From: Minisyncoccia bacterium
GTDB lineage: Bacteria > Patescibacteriota > Minisyncoccia > UBA6257 > JAAZHW01
Length of the DNA stretch: 64,000 nt
Assembly (NCBI GenBank): GCA_049720475.1
Contig: JBNASH010000036.1
Location: 1,339 to 65,338 of the forward strand
Reading direction: 5' to 3'
Shown: positions 30,304-40,201 of the stretch, piece after piece
How the letters are laid out: each line of letters opens with the position of its first letter
Numbering within the stretch: position 1 is the stretch's first letter
Made by a program: the position numbers and the translations under genes
Notes under the pieces: generated by a model
Seen by the model: the letters and a program-made list of their open reading frames with translations, nothing else
Database searches by the model: none
What the model was told of the DNA's origin: nothing

Positions 30304-31515
30304 ATGGCTAAATTTAGATATACAGGAAGAAATGAATTGGGAGAAATTCAAAGCGGTGTGGTTGAGGCTGGCAATCGCGATTTAGCCGTTAGAGTTTTGC
30401 AGGATAATAAAATTTATGTTCTTTCGATTGAATCTTTGGAAAAGAAAGGATTTTTTGAAGATTTACTAAGAAGTTTTCGGAAAGTCAAAATTAAAAATTT
30501 AATGATTTTTACAAGACAGTTAAGCACTTTGCTTTCCGCCAAAGTTCAATTGATAGACGCTCTTAAAACTTTATATAACCAAATTAACGATCCAATTTTA
30601 AAAGATGCTATTTTTGATGTTTTTACTGATGTAGAAGGCGGACTATATCTTTCTCAGGCCCTTTCAAAACACCCAAAAGTTTTCTCCGATTTTTATATTA
30701 ACATGATTAAGTCGGCAGAATTGTCAGGTCGATTGGAAGAAACACTAAATTATTTAGCTGATTATTTAGAAAAGGAAAATAAATTAAGCAGCAAATTTAG
30801 AAATGCTTTAATATATCCTATATTTATTTTAGTTGTTTTCTTGGCTGTTTTAATTTTAGTGGTAACGGTAGTTATTCCTCAATTAAAAGGCGTTTTTGTT
30901 GAGGCGAATGTAAAACTCCCATTTCTTACTCGGTTTTTATTAAATATTGGCGATTTTATTTTGAATTGGGGTGTGGGGTTAATTCTTTTTTTTGGCGTAG
31001 CAATTTTCTTATTTATTAGATATTTAAGAACAGAAGAGGGCAAAAGATTTTGGCAGCAAACTACTCTTTCTATTCCTATTTTGGGAGGGATTATTAAAAA
31101 AGTTGCTTTGAGTCGTTTTGCGTCCTCTTGTAGCGCTTTGATTAAAGGAGGATTGCCAATTGCTAATTCTTTAGAGATTTCAGGAAAAATTACCACTAAT
31201 ATTGTTTATGAAAAAATTCTTATGAATACAGCCGAAGCTGTTAGAACAGGCTCAACCATTTCTCAGTATCTTGCTCAATATCCTGATTATTTTCCGCCGA
31301 TGGTTATTCAGATGATTTCGGTTGGTGAAGCTTCTGGAAGGGTAGAGGATTTATTAACAAGAGTGGCGGATTTTTACAGCAATGAAGTAGATCAAACAGT
31401 AGGTAATATTGCCGAAATTATCCAACCAATATTGATTATTGCTCTGGGCATTTTTATGGGTTTGTTTATTGCTGCCGTTCTTTTGCCGATTTATAATTTA
31501 GCCCAGGTCTTTTAA
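30304..31515 (+). CDS. pilC: Type IV pilus platform protein PilC (T2SS F family)
   Basis: FTRQLSTLL, E.SGRL, ALIYP, GE.SGR, LLPIY. Confidence 0.93.
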   Translation: MAKFRYTGRNELGEIQSGVVEAGNRDLAVRVLQDNKIYVLSIESLEKKGFFEDLLRSFRKVKIKNLMIFTRQLSTLLSAKVQLIDALKTLYNQINDPILKDAIFDVFTDVEGGLYLSQALSKHPKVFSDFYINMIKSAELSGRLEETLNYLADYLEKENKLSSKFRNALIYPIFILVVFLAVLILVVTVVIPQLKGVFVEANVKLPFLTRFLLNIGDFILNWGVGLILFFGVAIFLFIRYLRTEEGKRFWQQTTLSIPILGGIIKKVALSRFASSCSALIKGGLPIANSLEISGKITTNIVYEKILMNTAEAVRTGSTISQYLAQYPDYFPPMVIQMISVGEASGRVEDLLTRVADFYSNEVDQTVGNIAEIIQPILIIALGIFMGLFIAAVLLPIYNLAQVF

Positions 31516-31578
31516 ATCGAATTTTAATATTATAAAATAAATAAATAAAAGGTCGATTTATTAATAAAAAACAATTCA

Positions 31579-32028
31579 ATGCGTAATAAAAACAAAGGTT
31601 TTACTTTAATCGAAATGCTCGTCGTTATAGCTGTCATTGGTTTGTTGGCTGCTTTGATTTTGGTTGGTTTATCAAGTTTTAGAACTCGAGGTCGTGATAC
31701 AAGAAGAATTGCTGATTTAAAAGAAGTGCAGAATGGTTTAGAGGTGTACTATATGAAAAATGGTACTTACCCCACTGGTATAAATACGTGGACTGATTTG
31801 GAAAACGCTTTAACTAGTGCCGGCATTGGAATTACAAGCATTCCTAAAGATCCAACCAATGGTAGTCCCTATCAATATGTTTATGGAGTTGATGGAACGG
31901 GTCAGCATTATGTTATTGGCGCAACCATTGAGGATCCAGATGCCAATACTTCATTATTGCAAAATGATTTAGATGGAACTGTTTATAATGTTTCTTGCGA
32001 TGACCCTGTTTATTGTATAGGAATGTAA
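31579..32028 (+). CDS. Type IV pilin
   Basis: Class III signal KG|FTLIEMLVVIAVIG, RD..R..D, C-terminal Cys pair. Confidence 0.92.
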   Translation: MRNKNKGFTLIEMLVVIAVIGLLAALILVGLSSFRTRGRDTRRIADLKEVQNGLEVYYMKNGTYPTGINTWTDLENALTSAGIGITSIPKDPTNGSPYQYVYGVDGTGQHYVIGATIEDPDANTSLLQNDLDGTVYNVSCDDPVYCIGM

Positions 32029-32047
32029 AAGGAAAATTAGGGATGTT

Positions 32048-32962
32048 ATGGTAGAAATCATTTTGTCAGTGATTCTATTTTTAATCGGGTTGGGAGTGGG
32101 GAGTTTTATTAATGTCATAACAACTCGCTTCCAGCCCGATTCTCATATTAAATTTTCTCAATTAGTCAGCGGTCGCTCCCGCTGTCCTTTTTGCTTCCAT
32201 CAATTAAAATGGTATGATTTGATACCTATTTTTAGTTTTGTTTTTCTTCGAGGAAAATGTCGTTATTGTAAAAATAAAATTTCTTACCAATATCCAATCG
32301 TTGAATTTTTAACGGCAGTAATTTTTCTAGGTTTATTTTTAAAAATTTATAATTTAACGCCGGTACGATTAGCTTTGGCGCAACAAATATATTCTTGGCC
32401 GGTAATTTTATTATTAAGTTTTGCTATTTATTTATCAATTTTAATAATTTTATCCATTATTGATCTTAAATATTATCTTTTGCCCGATAACTATATTTTG
32501 TTTGGTGTTGTTTTGGCTTTTTTATTTAACGCATTTTTTTATTGGATTAATCAAAATCCCCATAACAATTTTTTTACTTGCGGGATTAATTTCTTAGGTT
32601 CCTATATTGATTATTTTAATTGCCAAATTCCTTTTTGGTTATCACCAATTTTAGGAGCGATTTTTACCAGCGGCTTTTTATTTTTAATTTATCTTTTTAG
32701 TCGAGGCAAAGGAATGGGTTTTGGCGATGTAAAATTGGGTATTTTTATTGGATTAATTTTGGGTTTGACGAATAGTATTTTGGCTTTAGTCATTGCCTTT
32801 ATTTTTGGTTCAATTGCTGGTATAATACTTTTAGTAGCCAAAAAAAGAACTTTAAAATCAATGGTTCCTTTTGGCCCTTTTTTGGCTTTAGGTGTTTTAA
32901 TAACAATTTTTTTCGGTTCGAATTTAATAGACTTATATTTAGCTCTTTTTAATATTTTTTAA
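32048..32962 (+). CDS. pilD: Prepilin peptidase
   Basis: GSFINV, RSRCPFC...L.WYDLIP..S...GKCRYC, IDL, GMGFGDVKL, PFGPFL. Confidence 0.95.
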   Translation: MVEIILSVILFLIGLGVGSFINVITTRFQPDSHIKFSQLVSGRSRCPFCFHQLKWYDLIPIFSFVFLRGKCRYCKNKISYQYPIVEFLTAVIFLGLFLKIYNLTPVRLALAQQIYSWPVILLLSFAIYLSILIILSIIDLKYYLLPDNYILFGVVLAFLFNAFFYWINQNPHNNFFTCGINFLGSYIDYFNCQIPFWLSPILGAIFTSGFLFLIYLFSRGKGMGFGDVKLGIFIGLILGLTNSILALVIAFIFGSIAGIILLVAKKRTLKSMVPFGPFLALGVLITIFFGSNLIDLYLALFNIF

Positions 32963-32966
32963 AAAT

Positions 32967-33434
32967 ATGAGAGACGTAATGATTTCAAATTCGTTATATT
33001 GGGGCGCTATTTCTTTTATGGCAGTACTTTTTGTCGCAACGGTAATTTTAAATAGCTATCTTTTTATGTTGGACAATCAATTAACACAAGAAGTTTATTT
33101 ATCTCGAATTCAAGCTAATAAAGCTCGATTAATTATTCAGTATGATAGTAAGAATAAAAGAGTTTTTGAAGGAGATGTGATAGGAGGACAATTAAGTTTA
33201 TATGATATTCTTGTTTTATCTTCTCGAGCGGGCAATTTACAAGTCGAATTTTCTAAATCACCCGATGGCCGAGTGACTCTTTCTAAAATCGAGAATTTTG
33301 CTAATAATGAAAAGCATTACTGGGAAATGAGGTTGCCGAATTTAAACTGGTCTAAATCACTAAATGGTTCAGATGTTGATTTAACAAGAATTTTTGTTAA
33401 TGGCGGAACAACCGTCCATCTTATTTACAGATAA
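32967..33434 (+). CDS. Membrane-anchored hypothetical protein (DUF4430-like C-terminus)
   Basis: N-terminal TM; I....N....YW pattern near the C-terminus. Confidence 0.45.
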   Translation: MRDVMISNSLYWGAISFMAVLFVATVILNSYLFMLDNQLTQEVYLSRIQANKARLIIQYDSKNKRVFEGDVIGGQLSLYDILVLSSRAGNLQVEFSKSPDGRVTLSKIENFANNEKHYWEMRLPNLNWSKSLNGSDVDLTRIFVNGGTTVHLIYR

Positions 33435-33443
33435 AAAATAAAG

Positions 33444-34274
33444 ATGGTTGAAATTATAAATGGTAAAAATTTAGCTCAGGAAATTCTGGATGAGTTAAAA
33501 AATTTTTTTCTGCGAAAGAAAGTAGCGCTGGCGGTTATTTCTATTGGAGATGAAAAAGAGAATTTAACTTTTATCAAACAAAAACAAAAAGCAGCCGCCT
33601 ATTTGGGAATAGAGTTTTTTCATTTCCATTTTGATAAAAAGCTTTCTAACAAAACTATTAGAAAGAAACTAAACGAAATTGTTCGAAAAGATTTTATAAA
33701 GGGTGTTGTTTTACAGTTACCGTTACCCCAAAATTTTAACACCAACGCTTTAGCCAATATCATTCCGATCAACAAAGACCCCGATGTTTTAAACGAACGT
33801 CATTTTGGTCAATTTTGTTTGGGTCGAAGTAAAATTTTACCACCGGCTGTTGCGAGCTTAAAATTTATTTTTGATAAATATCAAATTGATTTTCAAAATA
33901 AAAAAATTGGCGTGGTGGGTGCGGGGCGACTGATTGGTTTGCCAATTATTGTTTGGCTCCTAAAACAAAAATGCACTGTTTTTACCGTTGATATTCATAC
34001 TGAAAAACCCGCAGAAATTATCAAAAATTGCGATATTGTTATTAGTGGGGTAGGCAAGGCTAATTTAATTGATGATAAATGGATTAAAGAGGGGGCAGTA
34101 GTTATTGATTTCGGTTTTGAAAAACAAAATGACAAAATAAGCGGTGATTTAAATTTTGATTCTTTAAAAAACAAAGCTTTATTAATTACCCCAACGCCGG
34201 GCGGGATGGGACCGATTTTGGTAGCAATGATTTATAAAAATTTGCAAACGTTAATAATGAATGAAAAGAAATAA
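33444..34274 (+). CDS. folD: Methylenetetrahydrofolate dehydrogenase/cyclohydrolase
   Basis: IINGK.LA, LQLPLP, KDPD, VVG.G.LIG.P, TPTPGGMGP. Confidence 0.92.
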   Translation: MVEIINGKNLAQEILDELKNFFLRKKVALAVISIGDEKENLTFIKQKQKAAAYLGIEFFHFHFDKKLSNKTIRKKLNEIVRKDFIKGVVLQLPLPQNFNTNALANIIPINKDPDVLNERHFGQFCLGRSKILPPAVASLKFIFDKYQIDFQNKKIGVVGAGRLIGLPIIVWLLKQKCTVFTVDIHTEKPAEIIKNCDIVISGVGKANLIDDKWIKEGAVVIDFGFEKQNDKISGDLNFDSLKNKALLITPTPGGMGPILVAMIYKNLQTLIMNEKK

Positions 34275-34319
34275 CTTGTCTTTTAAGCTAGAAGGAGTAA
34301 AATGAAAAGTTGATTAGCC

Positions 34320-35921
34320 ATGAATAAATTTGTAGAGAAAATTTTTAATTTTGAGTCAAAAACAATTAGTGGTGGGGCAGTAATAATTGCTTTTTTTTAT
34401 TTACTTAATGGTTTGATTGCTTTATTAAGAAATGGTATTTTGGCTTATCAGTTTGGTGCCAGTCGAATTTTGGATATTTATTGGGCATCATTTAGAGTGC
34501 CGGATTTAATTTATGTAATTTTTATTAGTGGCGCTTTGTCGGCTGGTTTTATTCCTTTTTTTGCCGAAAAATTAAATAAATCAAAAGAAGAAGCTTGGCA
34601 ATTAGCGAACAATATTTTAAGTACAATTATTCTCGTTTTGTTTATCGCGGCTCTCTTAATTTTAATTGTTGCGCCTTTGATAGTTAAATTAATTGTTCCT
34701 GGTTTTGATGTTTCTTCTCAAAAAGAAGTAGCAAAGTTTTTAAGAGTGATGATGTTTCAGCCGATTTTTTTGGGCGCCTCTGCAATTTTTGGAGGAATGC
34801 TTCAAACTTTTCGGCGTTTTTTTGTCACTTCGCTTTCACCCATTTTTTATAATCTAGGTATTATTATTGGCGCCATTTTTTTAACAAAAATTTTTGGGCC
34901 AATTGGTTTGGCGATTGGTGTTTTGTTAGGTGCCTTTCTTCATTTGGCGGTTTTATTTCCATCGCTCAAAAGTATTAATTTCCGCTTTAATTTTTTGCCT
35001 TCGTTTAAATCAGAAAACATCAAAAATTTAATTAGTATCGCCGGTCCAAGAACATTAAGTTTAATTTCAACCCAGATAAATTTTTTAGTTATCACAATTA
35101 TTGCCTCACATTTAGAAAAGGGAAGTTTGGCTATTTTTAATTTTGCGAATGATTTACATTCTTTACCACAAAATATTTTTGCCATTTCTTTTGCCATCTC
35201 CGCTTTTCCAATTTTAGCAACTCTTTCTTTTAACGCCGAAGAATTTTCCAGTTATTTTATCAAAACACTTAAAAATATTTTGTTTTTTCTTCTTCCGGCT
35301 GCCGCTTTTTATTTTATTTTTCGACAAGAAATTATTTTTCTCACTTTAAAATACGGACAATTTGATCTGACAGCCCAAAAAGAAACGAGTTTAATTTTGG
35401 GTATTTTTTCTTTTAATATTATTTTTGCAGGCCTTTTGCCATTATTAATTAGAGTATTTTTTGCCCAAAAAGACGCCTGGCGGCCATTCTTGGCTGGTTT
35501 AAGCGCCAATATTTTAAATGTTTTTTTGAGTTTGGTTTTGGCCGCGCGATTAGGTATTAAAGGTATTGCCATTTCATTTGTAATTAGCAATTTTATTAAT
35601 TTAGTGTTGTTAATTTGGTTTATAAAAAGAAAAAATTTGTTGATGGGCAAAGAAGGATTGTGGTTAAATTTCAAAAAATTTTTTCAAAAAATTATTTTGG
35701 CCACAATAGCTGATTTCATTTTTCTCTTTATTATTTTTTCTTTTCTTCCATTCCCCCAAGATAAAATAATTGCCATCATTTATTTAATTAGCGGTGGTGC
35801 TATTTTTGTTTTAATTTATTTAGCTATTAACTATTTTTTAATGAAAGAAGAACTGATAGAATTATTAAAGGATTATCCTTTGATAAAGAAATTTGTGGGT
35901 AAATATGAAAAAAATTCGTAA
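34320..35921 (+). CDS. murJ: Lipid II flippase MurJ
   Basis: LR...LA..FGAS..LD.Y..SFRVPD, GALS..FIP, about 14 TM helices. Confidence 0.92.
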   Translation: MNKFVEKIFNFESKTISGGAVIIAFFYLLNGLIALLRNGILAYQFGASRILDIYWASFRVPDLIYVIFISGALSAGFIPFFAEKLNKSKEEAWQLANNILSTIILVLFIAALLILIVAPLIVKLIVPGFDVSSQKEVAKFLRVMMFQPIFLGASAIFGGMLQTFRRFFVTSLSPIFYNLGIIIGAIFLTKIFGPIGLAIGVLLGAFLHLAVLFPSLKSINFRFNFLPSFKSENIKNLISIAGPRTLSLISTQINFLVITIIASHLEKGSLAIFNFANDLHSLPQNIFAISFAISAFPILATLSFNAEEFSSYFIKTLKNILFFLLPAAAFYFIFRQEIIFLTLKYGQFDLTAQKETSLILGIFSFNIIFAGLLPLLIRVFFAQKDAWRPFLAGLSANILNVFLSLVLAARLGIKGIAISFVISNFINLVLLIWFIKRKNLLMGKEGLWLNFKKFFQKIILATIADFIFLFIIFSFLPFPQDKIIAIIYLISGGAIFVLIYLAINYFLMKEELIELLKDYPLIKKFVGKYEKNS

Positions 35922-37725
35922 TTTTGCTATTATTGCCCATATTGATCATGGAAAATCGACTTTGGCCGATCGTTTTTTAGAAATAACCCAAACAATAGAT
36001 AAAAGAAAAATGAAAGATCAGTTTTTGGATCAAATGGATTTGGAAAGGGAAAGGGGGATAACTATTAAAATGCAGCCAGTGCGAATGATTTACCATTATC
36101 AAAACGAAGATTATATTTTGAATTTAATTGATACGCCGGGCCACGTTGATTTTACCTATGAAGTTTCAAGAAGTTTAGCGGCTGTTGAAGGTGTTATTTT
36201 ATTGGTTGATGCTACTCAAGGTATTCAAGCGCAAACGATGGGTAATTATCAATTGGCCAAAAAACAAAATCTAGTGATTATTCCAGCAATTAATAAAATT
36301 GATCTGCCCAATGCCCAAATTGAAGAAGTTAAGAAAGAGTTAGTAGCTTTGATGGGCGTGCACGAAGAAGAAATTTTTTTGGTCTCGGCGAAAACCGGCG
36401 AGGGAGTTATTAAATTATTGAATGCTGTGATTGAAAAAATTCCTGCGCCAACCACTGATGCAAATTCCAAACTAAGAGCTTTAGTTTTTGATTCGATTTA
36501 TAACGATCATAAAGGCGTTATTTCTTATGTGCGGATTGTTGATGGCGAGATAAGAGCGGGCGAGTATGGATTTTTAATGGCTTCACAAACGCCTTTTAAA
36601 ATTAATGAAGTAGGAGTTTTTAAGCCAAATTTTGAAGAAACAGATAAATTAAGCGCTGGTGAAATAGGCTATATTGTTACGGGTTTGAAAGAACCGATGA
36701 AAGTAAGAGTGGGTGATACTATTACATTGCTACCATCTTTGAAAATTAAAACCAAAAACTTTGATTTTGTTTTTAAAGAAGTAAAGCCATTGACGGGTTA
36801 TCAAGAACCAGAACCAATGGTTTTTGCTAGTGTTTATCCGATTTCTAATGATGATTTTGGTTTGCTGAAAAATGCGATTTTAAAATTAAAACTTAATGAT
36901 CCGAGTTTAGTTTATAAAGCAGAATTTTTTTCTATTTTAGGACAGGGTTTTTGTTTAGGATTTTTGGGCTTGTTGCATTTGGAGATTATTAAAGAACGGT
37001 TGGAGCGTGAGTATAAAATAGAAGTTATTTTTACAACGCCATCGGTTAATTATAAAGTAATTCTTAAAGATAAAAGCGAGGTAAATGTTTATCGAGCGTC
37101 GGACATGCCCGATTTTGATAAGATTTTAAAAATTTTAGAACCATGGGTAAAATTGGAAATTGTTACGCCGCCTCGGTATGTGGGATCTATAATGGAATTA
37201 AAAGAGAGGCACCGATTGAATTACTTGACCACTAAATATTTGGGCAATTTAATCATTTTAGTTTTTGAGGCGCCACTAAGCGAAATAATCGTTAATTTCT
37301 ATGACAAGCTTAAAAGTAGCACTGAAGGATATGCATCGATGAATTATGAATTTTTGGAATACCGAGAAGGTGATTTGGTTAAGTTAGAAATTTTATTAGC
37401 AGGAGAGAAAGAGGAGAGTTTGGCGCGGATTGTTCATCGTCGTTTTGCGGAGGAGGAGGGAAGAAAGATGGTGGCAAAACTTAAAAATGTTTTACCAAGA
37501 CAAAATTTTGTGGTTGCCATTCAAGCTATGATTGAAAATAAAATTATTGCTAGAGAAAATCTGCCCGCCTTAAAAAAAGATGTTACAGGTTATTTATATG
37601 GTGGCGATCGGACTCGTAAAATGAAATTATGGAAAAAGCAAAAAGAAGGAAAAAAAAGATTAAAAGAAAGAGGCCGAGTTCGTCTTTCAACCAAAGCTTA
37701 TCTTGATCTTTTAAAATTAGATTAA
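35905..37725 (+). CDS. lepA: Elongation factor 4
   Basis: IRNFAIIAHIDHGKSTLADR, ERERGITIK, DTPGHVDF, YGGDRTRK.KL. Start placed at ATG 35905. Confidence 0.97.
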   Translation: MKKIRNFAIIAHIDHGKSTLADRFLEITQTIDKRKMKDQFLDQMDLERERGITIKMQPVRMIYHYQNEDYILNLIDTPGHVDFTYEVSRSLAAVEGVILLVDATQGIQAQTMGNYQLAKKQNLVIIPAINKIDLPNAQIEEVKKELVALMGVHEEEIFLVSAKTGEGVIKLLNAVIEKIPAPTTDANSKLRALVFDSIYNDHKGVISYVRIVDGEIRAGEYGFLMASQTPFKINEVGVFKPNFEETDKLSAGEIGYIVTGLKEPMKVRVGDTITLLPSLKIKTKNFDFVFKEVKPLTGYQEPEPMVFASVYPISNDDFGLLKNAILKLKLNDPSLVYKAEFFSILGQGFCLGFLGLLHLEIIKERLEREYKIEVIFTTPSVNYKVILKDKSEVNVYRASDMPDFDKILKILEPWVKLEIVTPPRYVGSIMELKERHRLNYLTTKYLGNLIILVFEAPLSEIIVNFYDKLKSSTEGYASMNYEFLEYREGDLVKLEILLAGEKEESLARIVHRRFAEEEGRKMVAKLKNVLPRQNFVVAIQAMIENKIIARENLPALKKDVTGYLYGGDRTRKMKLWKKQKEGKKRLKERGRVRLSTKAYLDLLKLD

Positions 37726-37764
37726 ACTTGAGATTTTGCGATTTTATAGTTAAAATAATAAATA

Positions 37765-38145
37765 ATGCCAAAGATTTTAAATTCGAAAATTTTGTTAATT
37801 TTTCTTTTAATTTTGGCCATTATAGTGATTGTTTATTTTTACCGCCAAATTCTTAACGAACGTAAGTTAAAAATGGAATATGAGGCAATTATGAAAAAAA
37901 TAGAAATGCTTAAACAAGAAAATGAAGCATTGACAGATGAAATAGAACGATTAAAAAATGAACAAGAATTAGAGCGGTTGGCGAGGGAACTCTATGTTTT
38001 AAAGAAGGAAGGAGAAAAAGCGATGGTTGTGCCGCAAGAAATAATGGAACAATTAACAGTAAAAACGACTTCTGTACCGACTTCGCATTCATTTATTAAT
38101 GAAATGTGGCAAAAAATTAAAGGTTTTTTTAATGATTTATTTTGA
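37765..38145 (+). CDS. Septum formation initiator (FtsB/DivIC family)
   Basis: TM, coiled coil, LE..AR.L....K.GE motif. Confidence 0.8.
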   Translation: MPKILNSKILLIFLLILAIIVIVYFYRQILNERKLKMEYEAIMKKIEMLKQENEALTDEIERLKNEQELERLARELYVLKKEGEKAMVVPQEIMEQLTVKTTSVPTSHSFINEMWQKIKGFFNDLF

Positions 38146-38146
38146 T

Positions 38147-38218
38147 GCGGGTGTGGTGTAGTGGCAACACGTCTGCTTCCCAAGCAGAAGATCGGCGGTT
38201 CAAATCCGCTCACCCGCT
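38147..38218 (+). tRNA. tRNA-Gly(CCC)
   Basis: Acceptor gcgggtg/cacccgc, anticodon arm tctgc-ttCCCaa-gcaga, T-loop ttcaaat; no encoded CCA. Confidence 0.93.
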
Positions 38219-38240
38219 CAGAAAGTTCTTTAAAGTTTTT

Positions 38241-38312
38241 GCCGAGGTAGCTCAATGGCAGAGCAATCGCTTCGTAAGCGATGGGTTGGAGGTTCGAATC
38301 CTCTCCTCGGCT
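38241..38312 (+). tRNA. tRNA-Thr(CGT)
   Basis: Acceptor gccgagg/cctcggc, anticodon arm atcgc-ttCGTaa-gcgat, T-loop ttcgaat; no encoded CCA. Confidence 0.95.
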
Positions 38313-38348
38313 CATTTACTGCGAGATTAATAATTTTTAAAAAATTCA

Positions 38349-39464
38349 ATGAAACAAATTCAGATCCAAATTGATAATTTAAAAGATAAAATTAAAAAAA
38401 TAGAAGAGAAAATTAATCTTTCAGAAAAAATCAACAAATTGAAAGAGCTGGAAGAAATAAGTCGGCGTTCTGATTTTTGGGGTTTTCCCGATCAGGCGGC
38501 TCAGACAATGAAAGAGATAGATGCGTTAAGCAATGAAATTAATTTTTGGTTAAACATTGATAAAGAAATGGAGAATTTAAAAGAACTTGTTGAGGGGACT
38601 GATGATGAAGAAATGCTTAAAGAAATTCAGAAACAACTGAATAGTTTAGAAGAAAAAGTAAAAGAGAAAGAAATGATTATTTTTTTATCAGGCCCGTATG
38701 ATAAAAATGAAGCGATAATGAATATTACTGCCGGTCAGGGAGGAAGGGATGCCGAGGATTTTTGTCGGATGCTTTTTAAAATGTATTGCCGCTATTTTGA
38801 AAAAAAGAACTGGCCTTATAAGGTTATTCATCAGCATTTTTCAGAGGAGGCTGGTGGTTCGAAAGAGGCTGGCGGCGAAATTGGTTTAAAAAATGTTTCT
38901 ATTGAAATTAACGAGCCTTACGCCTACGGTTTTTTAAAAAACGAAAGCGGGGTTCATCGTTTGGTTAGGATTTCACCTTTTGATGCTAAGAAATTAAGAC
39001 ACACCTCTTTTGTTTTGGTTGAAGTTTTGCCTCAAATAGGAGAGATAGATTTAAAAGAAATAGAACTCAATGAAGCAGATTTAAAATTTGATTTTTTCCG
39101 CTCGTCTGGACCTGGTGGGCAAAACGTCAACAAAAGAGAAACAGCGGTGAGAGTCGTTCATTTGCCAACAGGTCTTTCAGCTACTTGTCAAACTGAACGC
39201 TTTCAAGCTCAAAATAGAGAAAAAGCCCTTCATCTTTTAAAAATTAAATTATTCAATCTTTTGCAACAGCAAAAAAATAAAGAAAAAAGTATTTTAAGAA
39301 AAAAAGTGGAACCATCCTGGGGAAATCAGATCAGAAATTATGTTCTCCATCCTTATAGATTAGTTAAAGATTTGCGGACAAATGTTGAAACTAGCGAAAT
39401 TTACGAAGTTTTAGATGGAGAGCTGGATAGTTTTATTCAAGCAGAAATTTTACTTAATAAATAG
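38349..39464 (+). CDS. prfB: Peptide chain release factor 2 (no programmed frameshift)
   Basis: GVHRLVRISPF (SPF motif), GPGGQNVNK, WG.QIR.YV.HPY; continuous ORF. Confidence 0.95.
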   Translation: MKQIQIQIDNLKDKIKKIEEKINLSEKINKLKELEEISRRSDFWGFPDQAAQTMKEIDALSNEINFWLNIDKEMENLKELVEGTDDEEMLKEIQKQLNSLEEKVKEKEMIIFLSGPYDKNEAIMNITAGQGGRDAEDFCRMLFKMYCRYFEKKNWPYKVIHQHFSEEAGGSKEAGGEIGLKNVSIEINEPYAYGFLKNESGVHRLVRISPFDAKKLRHTSFVLVEVLPQIGEIDLKEIELNEADLKFDFFRSSGPGGQNVNKRETAVRVVHLPTGLSATCQTERFQAQNREKALHLLKIKLFNLLQQQKNKEKSILRKKVEPSWGNQIRNYVLHPYRLVKDLRTNVETSEIYEVLDGELDSFIQAEILLNK

Positions 39465-39504
39465 TTGTTTGCAAAAATAAATTATTGATGCTAAAATAAT
39501 TGAT

Positions 39505-40197
39505 ATGAACGAGGAGCTTGTGTATTTTCAAAACGTTTCCAAAGTCTACAATAGTCATACAACAGCATTGGATAATATTAATTTAAAGATAATGCGAGGT
39601 GAATTTGTGGCCATTGTTGGTAAGTCAGGCGCAGGCAAATCAACCCTCCTTAAATTATTAATCGGCGAAGAAAAACCAACGAAGGGAAGAATATTTTTTG
39701 AGAAAGTTGATATTACTAAATTAAAATATAAAGAACTCCCAAAAATTAGAAGACAGATCGGCATGATTTTCCAAGATTTTAAATTATTGCCTGATAAAAC
39801 TGCTTTCGAAAATGTTGCTTTTGCTTTGGAGGCGGCTGGATTTTCTCCGCAGGACATCAAAAAAACTGTTCCACAAATGTTAGAATTAGTTGGGTTAAAA
39901 GATAAGGTTTTTAATTTTCCTCATGAATTATCAGGAGGTGAAAAACAAAGAGTTGCCATTGCTCGGGCAATGATTAATAAGCCGGATTTATTAATTGCTG
40001 ATGAACCGACTGGTAATTTAGATCCGATTAATACCGCGGAAATTATAAAATTACTATTGCGAATTAATGAATTGGGAACAACTGTGATGTTGGCCACTCA
40101 TAACAAAAATGTAGTGGATATGTTAAATACTCGCGTTGTTTCATTGGATAGCGGGCGAATCATTCGCGATGAAGAAGAAGGTCAATTTATAATATAA
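39505..40197 (+). CDS. ftsE: Cell division ATP-binding protein FtsE
   Basis: GKSGAGKST, RRQIG.IFQDFKLL, LSGGEKQRVAIARA, ADEPTGNLDP; precedes ftsX. Confidence 0.93.
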   Translation: MNEELVYFQNVSKVYNSHTTALDNINLKIMRGEFVAIVGKSGAGKSTLLKLLIGEEKPTKGRIFFEKVDITKLKYKELPKIRRQIGMIFQDFKLLPDKTAFENVAFALEAAGFSPQDIKKTVPQMLELVGLKDKVFNFPHELSGGEKQRVAIARAMINKPDLLIADEPTGNLDPINTAEIIKLLLRINELGTTVMLATHNKNVVDMLNTRVVSLDSGRIIRDEEEGQFII

Positions 40198-40201
40198 AAA
40201 T

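Noticed and set aside
37992-38330. ORFs 37992-38315 (-) and 38142-38330 (+)
   Set aside because: They overlap tRNA-Gly and tRNA-Thr and are shadow ORFs.
38418-38424. CTTTCAG in prfB resembling the CTT-TGA-C frameshift site
   Set aside because: In frame with no stop, offset from the canonical position, and no internal SD.
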